A stretch of 63,279 nt of DNA, filler included, from Octopus bimaculoides (GCF_001194135.2; 4 parts of 4 records of this genome joined end to end with filler, not necessarily neighbours in it), one strand, 5' to 3'; positions 37,032 to 49,175 are shown, numbered from the whole stretch's first letter. Notes: generated by a model not told the origin, from the letters alone. Program-made: numbers and translations.

Positions 37032-37098
<67 letters not shown>

Positions 37099-37134
37099 AT
37101 GTGTATGCATATATATATGCATATACATTTTTAC

Positions 37135-37194
<60 letters not shown>

Positions 37195-37199
37195 ATGTA

Positions 37200-37231
<32 letters not shown>

Positions 37232-38348
37232 CATACACACACATACCTTTGCTCAACATTTACATGCATCAGTAAAACTTGTTTAGTCCTGTCTCTAACA
37301 TTACAATGACTGCGACCGCCATTACGTCAGCGCCGAGAAATACGTTAAAGAAAAACAATGCAAACCACATAATCAACTTCATTATAAGTAGCCTCACCAC
37401 CGTTACCTACTGTCATCAACATCATCAGTGTCATCATCATCAATGACAAAATAGCAAAAGGAAACCACAAGTAACACCACTACCACTATCACCACCCCTA
37501 CCACCATCCGAACCAGTTCCACATATGCATATATACTTTAACACACCTGTATTTAATCTTTCACTCAGAATATTTCTCAAAATGACAACCTTTTTTTTTC
37601 TCTTTAATTATACATATACTGACAGTTCATGGGTTTTGTCTCCCCAACAATCCACTATTAAACATTTCGCGCTTTAGCAGTAGAGGAAGTGGCAAAGAGA
37701 AAATGAAAAGACAACATTTCACCGTCCCCATGTTTGTTACTCCGTCTTCTTGCGTAACTTCATGTTTCTACGTTTATTTTTTTCCTCTTCTTCCCGTCTT
37801 TCAGAAAATATCAGCATGCATACATTTGTGTCGACCACAATTTCAAGCATAAATTAGTTCTTCTTTTTCCTTTTCCTACATGACTCCTATGACTATCTCT
37901 TATACAGCTTTCAATATTTCAGAAGACCAGCGAGCGCGAATTGTGTATTTTACGGCAACCATTTTGAAAATGCCAAGGAGCAGCTGCAATGATGTGTATG
38001 AAATGTCACTGTTAATCTTTTAGGATTCCCCACCACACGTAGGCTTCAAAATCTTGTTTTTGCTAAACTCTCTGCCTTTCTTCCTCTCTCTTTATATATN
38101 NNNNNNNNNNNNNNNNNNNNNNNNNNNNNNNNNNNNNNNNNNNNNNNNNNNNNNNNNNNNNNNNNNNNNNNNNNNNNNNNNNNNNNNNNNNNNNNNNNNN
38201 NNNNNNNNNNNNNNNNNNNNNNNNNNNNNNNNNNNNNNNNNNNNNNNNNNNNNNNNNNNNNNNNNNNNNNNNNNNNNNNNNNNNNNNNNNNNNNNNNNNN
38301 NNNNNNNNNNNNNNNNNNNNNNNNNNNNNNNNNNNNNNNNNNNNNNNN

Positions 38349-38389
<41 letters not shown>

Positions 38390-38429
38390 AGGAGCGTCGC
38401 TCGGCGATTAGCGTGTTGTTCAGCCATTA

Positions 38430-38670
38430 TATATGTGTGTCTGTGTGTATCTGTGTGTGCGTTTTGTCACCCACCAATGCTTGACAACCAGTGATGGTGT
38501 GTTTACATTCCGTTAGCCTAGCGGGAAGGTTAGTGAGTCCAACAGAATAAGTACCAGACTTTAAAATAAAGCTGAGTACTGTGGGCGATTCCTTTTACTA
38601 AAGTTCTTCAATGCGATGCCCCAGCATGGCCACGGTGTAACAACAGAAACAAATGGAGGACAAACAATAA
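38430..38670 (+). mobile_element. SINE family A, diverged 3' half
   Basis: GCTTGACAACC...GGTGTGTTTAC...AGAATAAGTACCAG...CCCAGCATGGCC. Confidence 0.7.
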
Positions 38671-38699
38671 AAGATATTAATCATCTCCATGCAATGTTT

Positions 38700-38960
38700 C
38701 CCACACTTTAAAGTGTCATCTATGTCTGATAATACCTGAAATCTCAGACGTCAATTGCGTATGTAACATAAGGAATGTCGTACGTTGTTCTATAGTCTAT
38801 GATTGTGTTGATGTCTTTCCCACATAATGATTGTCGTTTAATGTTCATTGTAATATATCTACTGCGATATGTCAGCTAGAAAATATTAAACAAGAAAATG
38901 TTTGTGCTCATGAGTTCACAGTAATATGCTAACAGTTGAGTCTCCACTATTATGTGATAT
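38700..38960 (-). mobile_element. Possible highly decayed GIY-YIG (PLE) relic
   Basis: Minus strand HYVGKT...R motif preceded by CELMSTNIF; many stops and frameshifts. Confidence 0.25.
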
Positions 38961-39355
38961 ACAAAATGAGTTTCTCACGGTAACAAGTTTGAAAATGAAT
39001 GTCATATTAAATTTTAAAGTATCAAACATTGCACGATAAACATGTAGGGTGAGTCAAGATATAGAGAGGGAGATTCTATGCGGGTGTTCGCCCTGCTAAA
39101 AATAGCCACAAATATCCTTCAAATCGCACTATGCTCTTACAAGAATAGAAGGATACAACCGATTACGAACACAAAAAATAAGACAGAGAAATTCAAACTG
39201 TCCGGATTGGGTTTACTGCATCATTAACATACACTTCACGGGCAGCAATGTTGAATATAATAAAAGTAAATTGCTAGTCTGCTGGGTATAAAAGTATATC
39301 GGCGCAATATCTGCACATGCATATAAGCCAGCGAGATCACAGACTTGTTAGAACG

Positions 39356-39550
39356 TCAGGCAAAATGTTTCGAGGCATAGCGTCCGTCTTTACGTTTTGA
39401 ATTCAAAATCCACTGAGGTCGGCTTTGATGTAGATCGTCTCGGGGACTGTAAAATAAGTAGCAGTTCAGCACTAAGGTCAATGTAATCGACTTACGACTT
39501 ACTTCTTCCTCGAAATTGCTGGCTGTGTGCAAAAAATTTGAAAGAAATAT
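39356..39550 (+). mobile_element. SINE family B, diverged
   Basis: CAAAATG...GAATTCAAAATCCACTGAGGTCGGCTTTG...GTCAATGTAATCGAC...GAAATTGCTGG. Confidence 0.7.
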
Positions 39551-39599
39551 TTGTGTAAAAACACTCACACACATAGGGATAAATACACACACAAATATA

Positions 39600-39972
39600 C
39601 CACATGGTTTCGGGTTCATTCCCACTGCGTTGCACCTTAGGCAAGTGTCTTCTACTATAGCCACGGGCCGAACAAAGCCTTGAGTGGATATGTTAGACGG
39701 AAACTGAAAGAAGCCCGTCGTATATATGTATATATATATATATATGTATGTGTATATGTTTGTGTGTCTGTGTTTGTCCCCCACCATCGCTTGACAACCG
39801 ATGGTGGTGTGTTTACGTCCCTGTAACTTAGCGGTTCGGCAAAAGGGACCGATAGAATAAGTACTAGGCTTCCAAAGAATAAGTTCTGGGATCGATTTGC
39901 TCGACTAAAAGCGGTGCTCCAGCATGGCCGCAGTCAAATGACTGAAACAAGTAAAAGAGTAAAAGAGTAAAA
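39600..39972 (+). mobile_element. SINE family A, slightly 5'-truncated
   Basis: Close match to 13903-14300 including core, TA tract and GAGTAAAA tail. Confidence 0.9.
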
Positions 39973-40384
39973 CAAAATCACACATTCACAAATGTATGTG
40001 TGTGATTATACATATACCAATGTATATTATATCTACCTACATACCAGAGAGTATGAAATTTATAATGTATATGAAAACGTGGTGCAGCTCTAGGTGTGCC
40101 GCCGTGTCTCACACAAGGCACTCAAAGAGACTTATAAGTTTAAAACACAGGTCTGCGCTCAAAGTTCCGGCGTACCTACAGACGCATAAAGTTTCTACTT
40201 TATGTTGTCTCATCAGTGATTAATATTCTAGATTTCGATCCTCCTGCATTGTAAGACGCATGTCTAATTAAAGCGGAGAGCTTCCTTCGGTGTAGTCTAT
40301 TTGTCTCAGTGCTTTCCATTTGTTCAACTGAGTCCTCGTGCATTTGACGTCTACATGCATGGTAGACGCTAGGAACGATTTTTT

Positions 40385-40621
40385 ATTTTACTTGTTTCAA
40401 TCACTCGACTGTGGCCATAGTGGGGCACCGCCTTCAATGGTACTAGTTGAACAAATCGACCCAGAAATTATGTTTTTTTAAGCCTTATACTTATTCTGTC
40501 AGTTCTTTTGCCGAACTGCTAGGCTACGGGGATATAGACAAACCAACATCGGTTGTCAGTGGATGTGCAGGGAGCGCAAACAAAGACACCAAAGCATGAA
40601 CACTTAGATATCTACACACAA

Positions 40622-40640
<19 letters not shown>
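40385..40640 (-). mobile_element. SINE family A, 3' half
   Basis: TTTTACTTGTTTCA...GGCCAT...GCACCGCC...TACTTATTCT...TTTGCCGAAC...CATCGGTTGTC. Confidence 0.75.
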
Positions 40641-40678
<38 letters not shown>

Positions 40679-40868
40679 NNNNNNNNNNNNNNNNNNNNNN
40701 NNNNNNNNNNNNNNNNNNNNNNNNNNNNNNNNNNNNNNNNNNNNNNNNNNNNNNNNNNNNNNNNNNNNNNNNNNNNNNNNNNNNNNNNNNNNNNNNNNNN
40801 NNNNNNNNNNNNNNNNNNNNNNNNNNTGTGTGTGTGTGTGTGTCTGTGTGTGTGTGTGTGTGTGTATA

Positions 40869-41650
40869 CAGGGTGTTTCAACAAATTTGATATTATTTGA
40901 GATGTAAATTTCACAGAAACTACATCGTCAAAGCAAATGAAACTAAACAGAATTGAATATTTGAACAACATAAGATTTATTCCTCTAAATTTGAATGAGA
41001 AATTGAAAGGTATGTGGATTCCATGAACGATTTCACAAATGTTCAATATGCGCACCGCCTCAGACACGGCACACATCAAGTCAGTAGTCCATCTCTTCGC
41101 AAACACGCTGCAGTATGTCTTGAGTAACAGTCTCTAGTGTGGTGGTGATTCTCTGCTCCAGTTCCTCTAGGTTTTCAGGAAGAGGGAGGACATAGACCAG
41201 GCTCTTCACATAGCCCTTGTTTGCGCTTCCGCTTGTCATCTGCCGTTATGGCCTGAACGAGCTGCAGCTTGTAGGGTTTCATTAGCAAGCGTTTCCTCAG
41301 GACGCACCAAACTGTCGTTGGATGAATCTGGATTTCCAGACTTGTTCTTCTTATAGACTTCTTGGGGCTTCGCATGAGATTTTAGGAAACCACTCGACCG
41401 TCTCTTCCGATGTTAGAGGGTGTTCAGATCCCTTTGACTTGCACAGACAGCCTTCCTCTTTGAATAATTTGTGCCATGTCCAAATTTGCATTGCCGTTGG
41501 TGACTTCTTAAAAGACTCTCTCATACACGCTGCACAGTCTTGTTCGACTGTGCTCGAGCATACTCCAACATACAAAACGCCTTTTCTCTTGTAGTGACTG
41601 TCATTTCTTTACCTGAAAATATACACATATCAAGCATTAAACATAAAATT
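40869..41650 (-). mobile_element. Internally deleted Tc1/mariner element (N-terminal HTH fused to C-terminus)
   Basis: ATG at 41604: MTVTTREKAFCMLEYA...KKSPTAMQIWTWHKLFKEEGCLC...RSPKKSIRRTSLE...TVWCVLRKRL.MKPYKLQLVQ; junction at ~41216 jumps to GYVKSLVYVP; TA|CAGGGTGTTTC TIR at 40867-40880. Confidence 0.88.
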
Positions 41651-41668
41651 TGGATGAATGGATGAAAA

Positions 41669-41905
41669 GAGCGTGGATTAGTGTTAAGGGGTGTTGGACC
41701 CATGATCATTGGATTGTGGTTTCGAATCCTTGACCGGGCGACTCGTTGTGTTCTTGAGCAAAAAAAAAAAAACAGTATTTAACGTTGTTCCAGTCCACTC
41801 AGCTGGCAAAAGTGACTATTCCTGCGACGGACCGGCGTCCCGTCCAGAAGGAACTATATACGCCACGGAAACCAGGAAAAGGTTTTATGAGTCTACATGA
41901 CTCAG
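41669..41905 (+). mobile_element. tRNA-derived SINE family C, MetaSINE-like
   Basis: GAGCGTGG..TAGTG head, GGTTTCGAATCC B-box, GTTGTGTTCTTGAGCAA, CAGTCCACTCAGCTG and CCTGCGACGGACCGGCGTCCCGTCCAG resembling the Meta domain as I recall it. Confidence 0.7.
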
Positions 41906-42570
41906 GAAGTTACATTGGAACGGATTACCACTATTTATATCAGTGATTCCCGAACGAATTTACCAGACAGGGTTTGCTTGAACTCTCTACATTGTATTAG
42001 GATATTTTTCTCAGAAAGTGACTTTACTCGGAATAACGACTGCTGAATTTAAATATTGCTTGATTTTCTTATGGTGAAGAGCCAAGGTTTTGTCGAAATC
42101 TATACATTAACATAATGCAAAAAACTACCCAGGCATGGCGCATGTTATTTTACTACACACATTGACATATAGTCAAACACATTCTAAAACATGTCCTCAC
42201 ACTCACGCGCACATACATACGCACACACACACGCATATATATATATATATCTGTTTGCATATATGTATATTTTATATAAGATTATATATGCATATGCATT
42301 CATGCATACATACACACACATATATAATAAATATAATGCGTTTGTGTGTGTCTATGTGTGTGAGTAAAACAAGCGTATCTATATCTATGTACCATTGTAT
42401 GCATAGTGATGTATCAGATATATCAAAGTGATTTGTGCTTCCAGTAGAAAGGATTTTATTTCATTTTGTTATTCTCACGAACCATGTCTTGGTCACATAA
42501 AAAAGTAAGTCATCACTTTCCACACACACACATATATATATATGAGTGTAAATATATATATATATGTGTG

Positions 42571-42655
<85 letters not shown>

Positions 42656-43379
42656 CTATGTATATATATAGAGAGTGAAACGATTCTTTGTCATCTGATA
42701 TTGAATATTGCATAATAATACTTGGAGTCCATGGACATAATAAAATAATAGTAAGCGACCTTTCTCTCATAAGCCATGTGTTTTATTGTGCATTATATTT
42801 ATTAGGGCATCTTTAACAAGGACATTTTATTATTATTGCTCTTGTGAATCGTGTCAACTTTTATGTTGTTTAACACCCGCACATAAATACTAGACATTCA
42901 TGCACAAACATATATTCAATCACACACACTAACACGCAAATACCTGTGCGTATTTGCGTAAGCGCATGTGTGTGTGTACTTGTTTGTATGTGTGTGTGTT
43001 GTTGCTTAAGTTTACTGAAACAGCAAATGTATTTAATGACAGAAGTGGAGTGTAATACTTACGTTAGATTATTCTCTTTTACATGGAAGAGTTTCGCGAA
43101 GAGCGCTGTTCGTGCAACTGATGTCTGAAGTACACAACACCGTAAAATTTTATAACAAAATGAAAAACATGAAACAGAATAAACAAGTTAAAACGATAGT
43201 AAATAAAGCTAAAATGAAAATTAAATAGAAAAATATGCAAAAGGAAAATGTATATATTTAAGAATAATTAGGGTAAATATAAACGAATGAGGTCTATTCG
43301 AACACAGCCACCAGAAAATATACATAGAAATACATATTCTCTCCCGTTTTCTCCCGCAATGACAATCGGCAGAATTATG

Positions 43380-43900
43380 AGGCCAGAAATTGGAACTGGT
43401 TAAGGCGCAAAAATTCTCCGACAACCACTTCTGTCCGGATATACGGTTAGGTGCCGAATTCTGCTATCACGCTTATGGGATTTCACCACGGTTCTTCTTC
43501 TATCAGAGACTGAAGACAGTTTCCAGCAGCTTCACGTATAGATCGAGCCTCAGGCCTTCAAAATCGTGGGGTGGCATGACGTAGCATTCACTGGCTGTAC
43601 ACGCAAAGTTATCACAGGGGTAACTTGGTTTCCATAATACATGGAACATGGATAGTAGGCTTGTCATCTGTTATTTTATATGTTATGTAATTGGTTGTGG
43701 AAGAATTTTTTTTTCTTCTGAGACGAACCAGACCTTTCCCGGCTCAACAAGATGCCTGAATTTGTTCAGGGTCTTCTTTCCCTACAGCAAGTGTTGGCTG
43801 TCAGAATGTGTCCGTTGTGCCTCTTTTAGCGAAGGTCCTCATTCAATACCAGCTTCATGGTGGCGACTCCAACTCCTATCTCTCTCACTTTCGCGCTGGA
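43380..43900 (+). mobile_element. Highly decayed Tc1-type transposase
   Basis: Collinear degenerate motifs FSDNHFC (~FSDESRF), WGGM, FPAQQDA (~FQQDNA), NVSVVP...GPHSIPASWW (~WP..SPDLNPIE.LW). Confidence 0.45.
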
Positions 43901-44464
43901 GGTGGATGTCAGCATTTTAAAACCCAGAGTGAATCTGCATAATACAAGTAACACTCATCTTATATTCAGATGGCTTCCACTCCGCCATGTCAAAGAATAT
44001 TTTCCCAACAACAGCTTTAATTTTTATACTCTCCAACACCTTTGACTTTTCACCAATAAATTTATCAAGTCGATAAGTATGTATATTCATGCACTGACAC
44101 AAACACATACACACGCACGCACACACATATATCATAGCGGTTCGGCAAAAGTGGTCAAGAGAATAAATACCGGGCTTTAAAAATGTATAAGAATATAGGG
44201 CGATTTGTTCCAGTTAATCTTTCAAGGCGGCTGCAGTTCAATGACTGACATAAGTAGAAAGTAATATATGTATTAAATATGAAATAACCAGCCTTGTGTC
44301 TTCCACAACACAGGCACACTGCTAATAGGCCTGGTATCAAGTAACCCGTCATCAGTGTGTGATAATCATGAGCTAGTGATGAAAACTCATTCCACACGCA
44401 AAATACTACATGCTTTTTCCAGTGACAAATTGTCGCTGATCTCGAAAATGGAGGAATAAGCAAA

Positions 44465-44516
<52 letters not shown>

Positions 44517-44525
44517 AAATACACA

Positions 44526-44564
<39 letters not shown>

Positions 44565-45687
44565 ATACACATAGCGGCGAGTCAGCGATGACAAGCTTTT
44601 AAACACTCGGTCAATTTGATAAATATAGCAACGAAATGCATCTGAAAGTTCATCCTACAGTCATGAAACTAGGAAACAAATTGGATATTGTAATCTTAGT
44701 TGCGCTGTGTTTGGGTTAAGATGAGATGGCTAGGTTTGCCAACCTTTTGATCGTAGTTATGTGCGTCCAAGTTAAAATGGAACAAACAACAATAGATTTT
44801 ATGTTTTTATCCATGAATTCTTTGACTTAAAAAACACTTACCACAAAATCCAAACCAGAAATATACAAAACAAAAGTATAAATACAAATTATGAGAAAAT
44901 GTTAAGTGTATGAATTTCTAAACATGTGAATTTTGAAAATAACAATCTAGAGGTAGAAATTACTAAAGAATAGTAATCGATATAACCTCCGTCAGATAAA
45001 ATTAATACCGAGTCTCTCAAGCATAAAAGTGAATGAATAAAATGGTGACAGCTATAAAACGCATGCCTTCGTCGACGTTAGTAGATTTAGATGAAAGAGA
45101 TGTGAACATTAATTTATTCCTTTAGAAAATAAAAGATAACATCAAATAAACTGTGCAGCCGCCATAGTGTCAAAGGTTTGTAGGCATTTCTTCAAAACTA
45201 TTCACATAAGAATACCTGAACTCAAGCAAACAAGACACAAACAAAAAAGAAAAACCTTAAGGGAATGTCAGGGAATATAAGAAAATATCTCAAAATTAGT
45301 AATTAAATCGACGAACTATAAATAAACCTGCGAAAATAAAATAGGTTAGAGACAAATACTTCAAAAATACCATATAACAAAAAAAGCAAAGATAAATGAA
45401 TAAGAGACAAGGATCTTAAATCAAAGGACATCGTTAAATATCTTATGTCGTATTTTAAAACTATTTTACATATACGTATATGTGTATGTACATGTATGTG
45501 TATGTGTGTGTGTGTATGTATGTATGTATGTATGTATGGATACAAAATATGGGGGTTTAGTTATTGAGTGATCTAAACGATTAGGTACGCTAAGTAAGTG
45601 CTGTAACAGATTATTAGGGCTCCAAGGTTATAACTGAGACAGTAGTTATGGAGTCATTGCAGGTTTCCAATATAGCAGATATATAAT

Positions 45688-45892
45688 TGTTAAAGAGGAC
45701 AACAGACATTAAGGCAAGGCAAACATCTCAAGTCATATATATTATTATTATTAATGGAAAAAATTCAAAGTCCTACAGCTGTTCCTGGGATATTCCAGAA
45801 ACAGCTGTAAGATTTTGAATTTTTTCCAATAATAATAATGTATATGACTTGAGATGTTTGCCTTGCCTTAATGTCTGTTGTCCTCTTTAACA
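45688..45892. repeat. 205-bp near-perfect palindrome
   Basis: TGTTAAAGAGGACAACAGACATTAAGGCAAGGCAAACATCTCAAGTCATATA...CTACAGCTGTTCCTGG is mirrored by CCAGAAACAGCTGTAAG...CCTCTTTAACA around a GATATT centre. Confidence 0.95.
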
Positions 45893-46160
45893 TCATCATC
45901 ATCATTGTTTAACATCCATTTTCCATGCTGCCATGCGTTGGACAGTTTGGCTGGGGACTGGCAAGCCAGGAGGCCGCACCAGGCTCCAATCTGATCTGGC
46001 AGTGTTTCTACAGCTGGATGCGTTCCTAATGCCAACCACTCTGAGAGTGTGGTAGGTGCTTTTTACATGCCACCGGCACAGAGAGCCAGTCAGGCAGCAC
46101 TGGCAACAACCCATGCATGCATGGTGCTTATTGTGTGCCACCAGCATGGGAGCCAGTCAG
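45893..46160 (-). mobile_element. RTE-related 3' tail, (GAT)n end abutting the palindrome
   Basis: Reverse complement of the 26097-26342 family (CTACAGCTGGATGC.TTCCTAATGCCAACCAC). Confidence 0.85.
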
Positions 46161-46171
46161 GNNNNNNNNNN

Positions 46172-46216
<45 letters not shown>

Positions 46217-46617
46217 AAGTTAGGCTTCTACTGGATTTAGTCCCCTAATCTTCAACAATTTTAAGGTATCACCATCAGAGATTGCAAGAACGTATTGCAC
46301 TGTGACACTATATTGTTAATCTTTGATTGCCGAATGGTCATGCCATTAAGTACAAACCTATATACACATACAGATAGGCACCAGCATAAACACATAGACA
46401 AATGCAAGTAGGTGTGTGCGTGTACATACACACACATACAGTGAGCATGCTTCTGTTTACCAAATCCACACATTCGTCAAGTCTATTATATGTGTTTTTT
46501 TTAATACTTTTAGCGGGTGTTTTTGTCTGTTAGTTGCAGTGATATACACAGTTATATGAGAAATAAGAAATCGCTTTATTACACTGCAAACACTCGTGCG
46601 TACTCCCCACACGCACT

Positions 46618-46637
46618 ATCTATCTATCTATCCATCC

Positions 46638-46690
<53 letters not shown>

Positions 46691-46691
46691 A

Positions 46692-46731
<40 letters not shown>

Positions 46732-46759
46732 TTATCTATCTATATATCTATCTATCTAT
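46618..46759. repeat. Long (TATC)n microsatellite running into a gap
   Basis: Direct reading. Confidence 0.95.
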
Positions 46760-47186
46760 NNNNNNNNNNNNNNNNNNNNNNNNNNNNNNNNNNNNNNNNN
46801 NNNNNNNNNNNNNNNNNNNNNNNNNNNNNNNNNNNNNNNNNNNNNNNNNNNNNNNNNNNNNNNNNNNNNNNNNNNNNNNNNNNNNNNNNNNNNNNNNNNN
46901 NNNNNNNNNNNNNNNNNNNNNNNNNNNNNNNNNNNNNNNNNNNNNNNNNNNNNNNNNNNNNNNNNNNNNNNNNNNNNNNNNNNNNNNNNNNNNNNNNNNN
47001 NNNNNNNNNNNNNNNNNNNNNNNNNNNNNNNNNNNNNNNNNNNNNNNNNNNNNNNNNNNNNNNNNNNNNNNNNNNNNNNNNNNNNNNNNNNNNNNNNNNN
47101 NNNNNNNNNNNNNNNNNNNNNNNNNNNNNNNNNNNNNNNNNNNNNNNNNNNNNNNNNNNNNNNNNNNNNNNNNNNNNNNNNNNNNN

Positions 47187-47223
<37 letters not shown>

Positions 47224-47488
47224 ATGAATTTTAATTAAATAAGGAAGAATCAAGGCCATATAATTTCTGAATATCTGACATATTCAAGCATAAACATTCC
47301 ATAATGACTTAAGATGCAATCAATGCACCTAATTACTGTCTTTGCAAATTAAGCAAATGGAATATATTCTTAATATATACCAAAAAAATTACTCATATCT
47401 TGAGCCGTTCTTCAACTAAGGCAGTTAATAGTTTAGCTACATAGCACTTATTGACCTTTTAAGTGGCCTTCTGCAAAATTTGATGCAA

Positions 47489-47690
47489 GGCAGCAATTTG
47501 GCAGAATAGTCAGCGCGTCAGACAAAATGCGTAGAGGCACTTCCTCCGGCTTTTTGCTTACGAAAGTTGAATTTCTGCTTAGGTCAGCTTTGCCATTAAT
47601 CCTTTTCGGGTCGTGAAATAAACTATCAGTCAAATGCTGGGAACGATGTAATCGCCCAACCCCACTCCTCCTAAAACTGCTGGCCAAAAC
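47489..47690 (+). mobile_element. SINE family B, diverged
   Basis: TTGGCAGAATAGTCAGC...AAAATGC...GGTCAGCTTTGCC..TAATCCTTTTCGGG...GATGTAATCG. Confidence 0.7.
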
Positions 47691-48270
47691 TGAAAAGATT
47701 GTTATTATTTATATTTAAATTAATTTAAATAAGTCTTAATTTGCTACTGGTTTGATATCTTCAGATAGAAAATGCTTCAAATGTATGTGTGAAAATTTTG
47801 TCTCACATTTGTATTAAGCTGTTTTTTTGTTTTTTTTTCGAAAGGACAATAGACAAGAACAAACTATATGCACCTGTCGACATGTTTTATAGCTTCCGTT
47901 TAACACTTTTGCGTCCTTCACTGAGCGTGTAAGCATTTAAAATAAATTTTTCAATACACACATATCTGTGTGCATTGAAAACCGCCTAACACATTATTTC
48001 TCTCTTTGTTTAATATGAAAAACGATTTGATAAATTATGTAGGCGATGTTGGCAGCAGTTCAGCTAAAGTAAAAACAGTATAACTTCTGTGACAACAGAT
48101 GTAAAATAGGTTTAGCTGAAATAGTTTACATACAATTGCAGCGAGCTGAGAGAAGCAGTAACAGTGGCGCACTAGACGTTAATTAAACTAGAACGTCCAG
48201 TATAACCTTGTCTCTCTTTTTCTATGCATATCAGTCTATCTCTCTATTGATATTTATATACATATGTATA

Positions 48271-48571
48271 GACGCAGGAGTGGCTGTGTGGTACGTGGCT
48301 TGCTTACCAAACACATGGTTCCGGGTTCAGTCCCACTGCGTGGCACTTTAGGCAAATGTCTTCTACTCTAGTCTCGGGCCGACCAAATATATATATATAT
48401 ATGTATGTATTACATATTAGAAAAAATAAGGTACTCAGAGATCTGGATGGTTGTACATTTTTTATTCATATGTCACATGTTTTTATATATCCGTGGTGCA
48501 TCAGCATGGCCGCAGCTCTGAGCTGAAAAATTAAAAAAAATATATATATATATATATATATNNNNNNNNNN

Positions 48572-48610
<39 letters not shown>

Positions 48611-48683
48611 TTGTGTGTCTGTGTTTCTCCCCACTCCGTCGCTTAACAACCGATGTTGGTGTGTTTGCGTCCCCGTACCTTAC
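48271..48683 (+). mobile_element. SINE family A split into head (48271-48388) and later part (48605-48683)
   Basis: GACGCAGGAGTGGCTGTGTGG...GGGCCGACCAAA, then after an insert and gap CGTCGCTTAACAACCGATGTTGGTGTGTTTGCGTCCCCGTA. Confidence 0.8.
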
Positions 48684-48685
48684 GA

Positions 48686-49097
48686 CTATTTTGCTCTGTC
48701 AAATCCATACTTGTTGGAAAGTGTCCATTGGACAATCCTTGCTATATTGTCATAGCGTCTCTTATATTCTTTCTGGGCTAGTGGTGTACATTGGTTGGTA
48801 ACATGCCATACGGTTTCACCATTTTGTCCACAAATTCTGCATTTATGACTTTTTGATGGGTTGTCTATTCTGTATTTAATGTAATTAGTTCTTAATGCTT
48901 GCTCTTGCTCAGTAAAGCTTAGAGCCTCTATTTCCGGTTTTAAATCAGTTTTGGTCATCCATAGCCATCCTTGTTTTTTGTCTGTCTTATCTTCAAGATT
49001 CCTATGAAATTGTTCATGCCTTCTTTTCTTCATCCACCTATTTTCAGTTTCATTCATTCTCAAGTCCTTGTACAGTGCTTTATCTTTGCAATCTTTA
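48686..49097 (-). mobile_element. R4/Dong-clade (restriction-like endonuclease) non-LTR retrotransposon fragment
   Basis: Open frame WMKKRRHEQFHR...WLWMTKTDLKPEIEAL...QEQALRTNYIK.RID...CRICGQNGETVWHVTNQC..LAQKEYKRRYDNIARIVQW; 5' junction abuts (TAA)n at 49099-49173. Confidence 0.85.
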
Positions 49098-49174
<77 letters not shown>

Positions 49175-49175
49175 A

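Noticed and set aside
35449-37240. Long ORFs of 250-470 aa in the ORF track (also 50778-51999, 54751-55985, 18052-18856, 46517-47259)
   Set aside because: They are open only because N-gaps and dinucleotide or tetranucleotide repeats contain no stops; only the Tx1 segment is real coding sequence.
40347-40374. CGTCTAC/GTAGACG hairpin followed by CTAG, like a Helitron 3' end
   Set aside because: The hairpin abuts CTAG without the usual ~10-nt spacer and no 5' TC end or Helitron body is evident.
48400-48540. Minus-strand CTGATGC...AAAACATGT insert within a SINE, hammerhead-like
   Set aside because: Both core halves are mutated and stem II does not pair.
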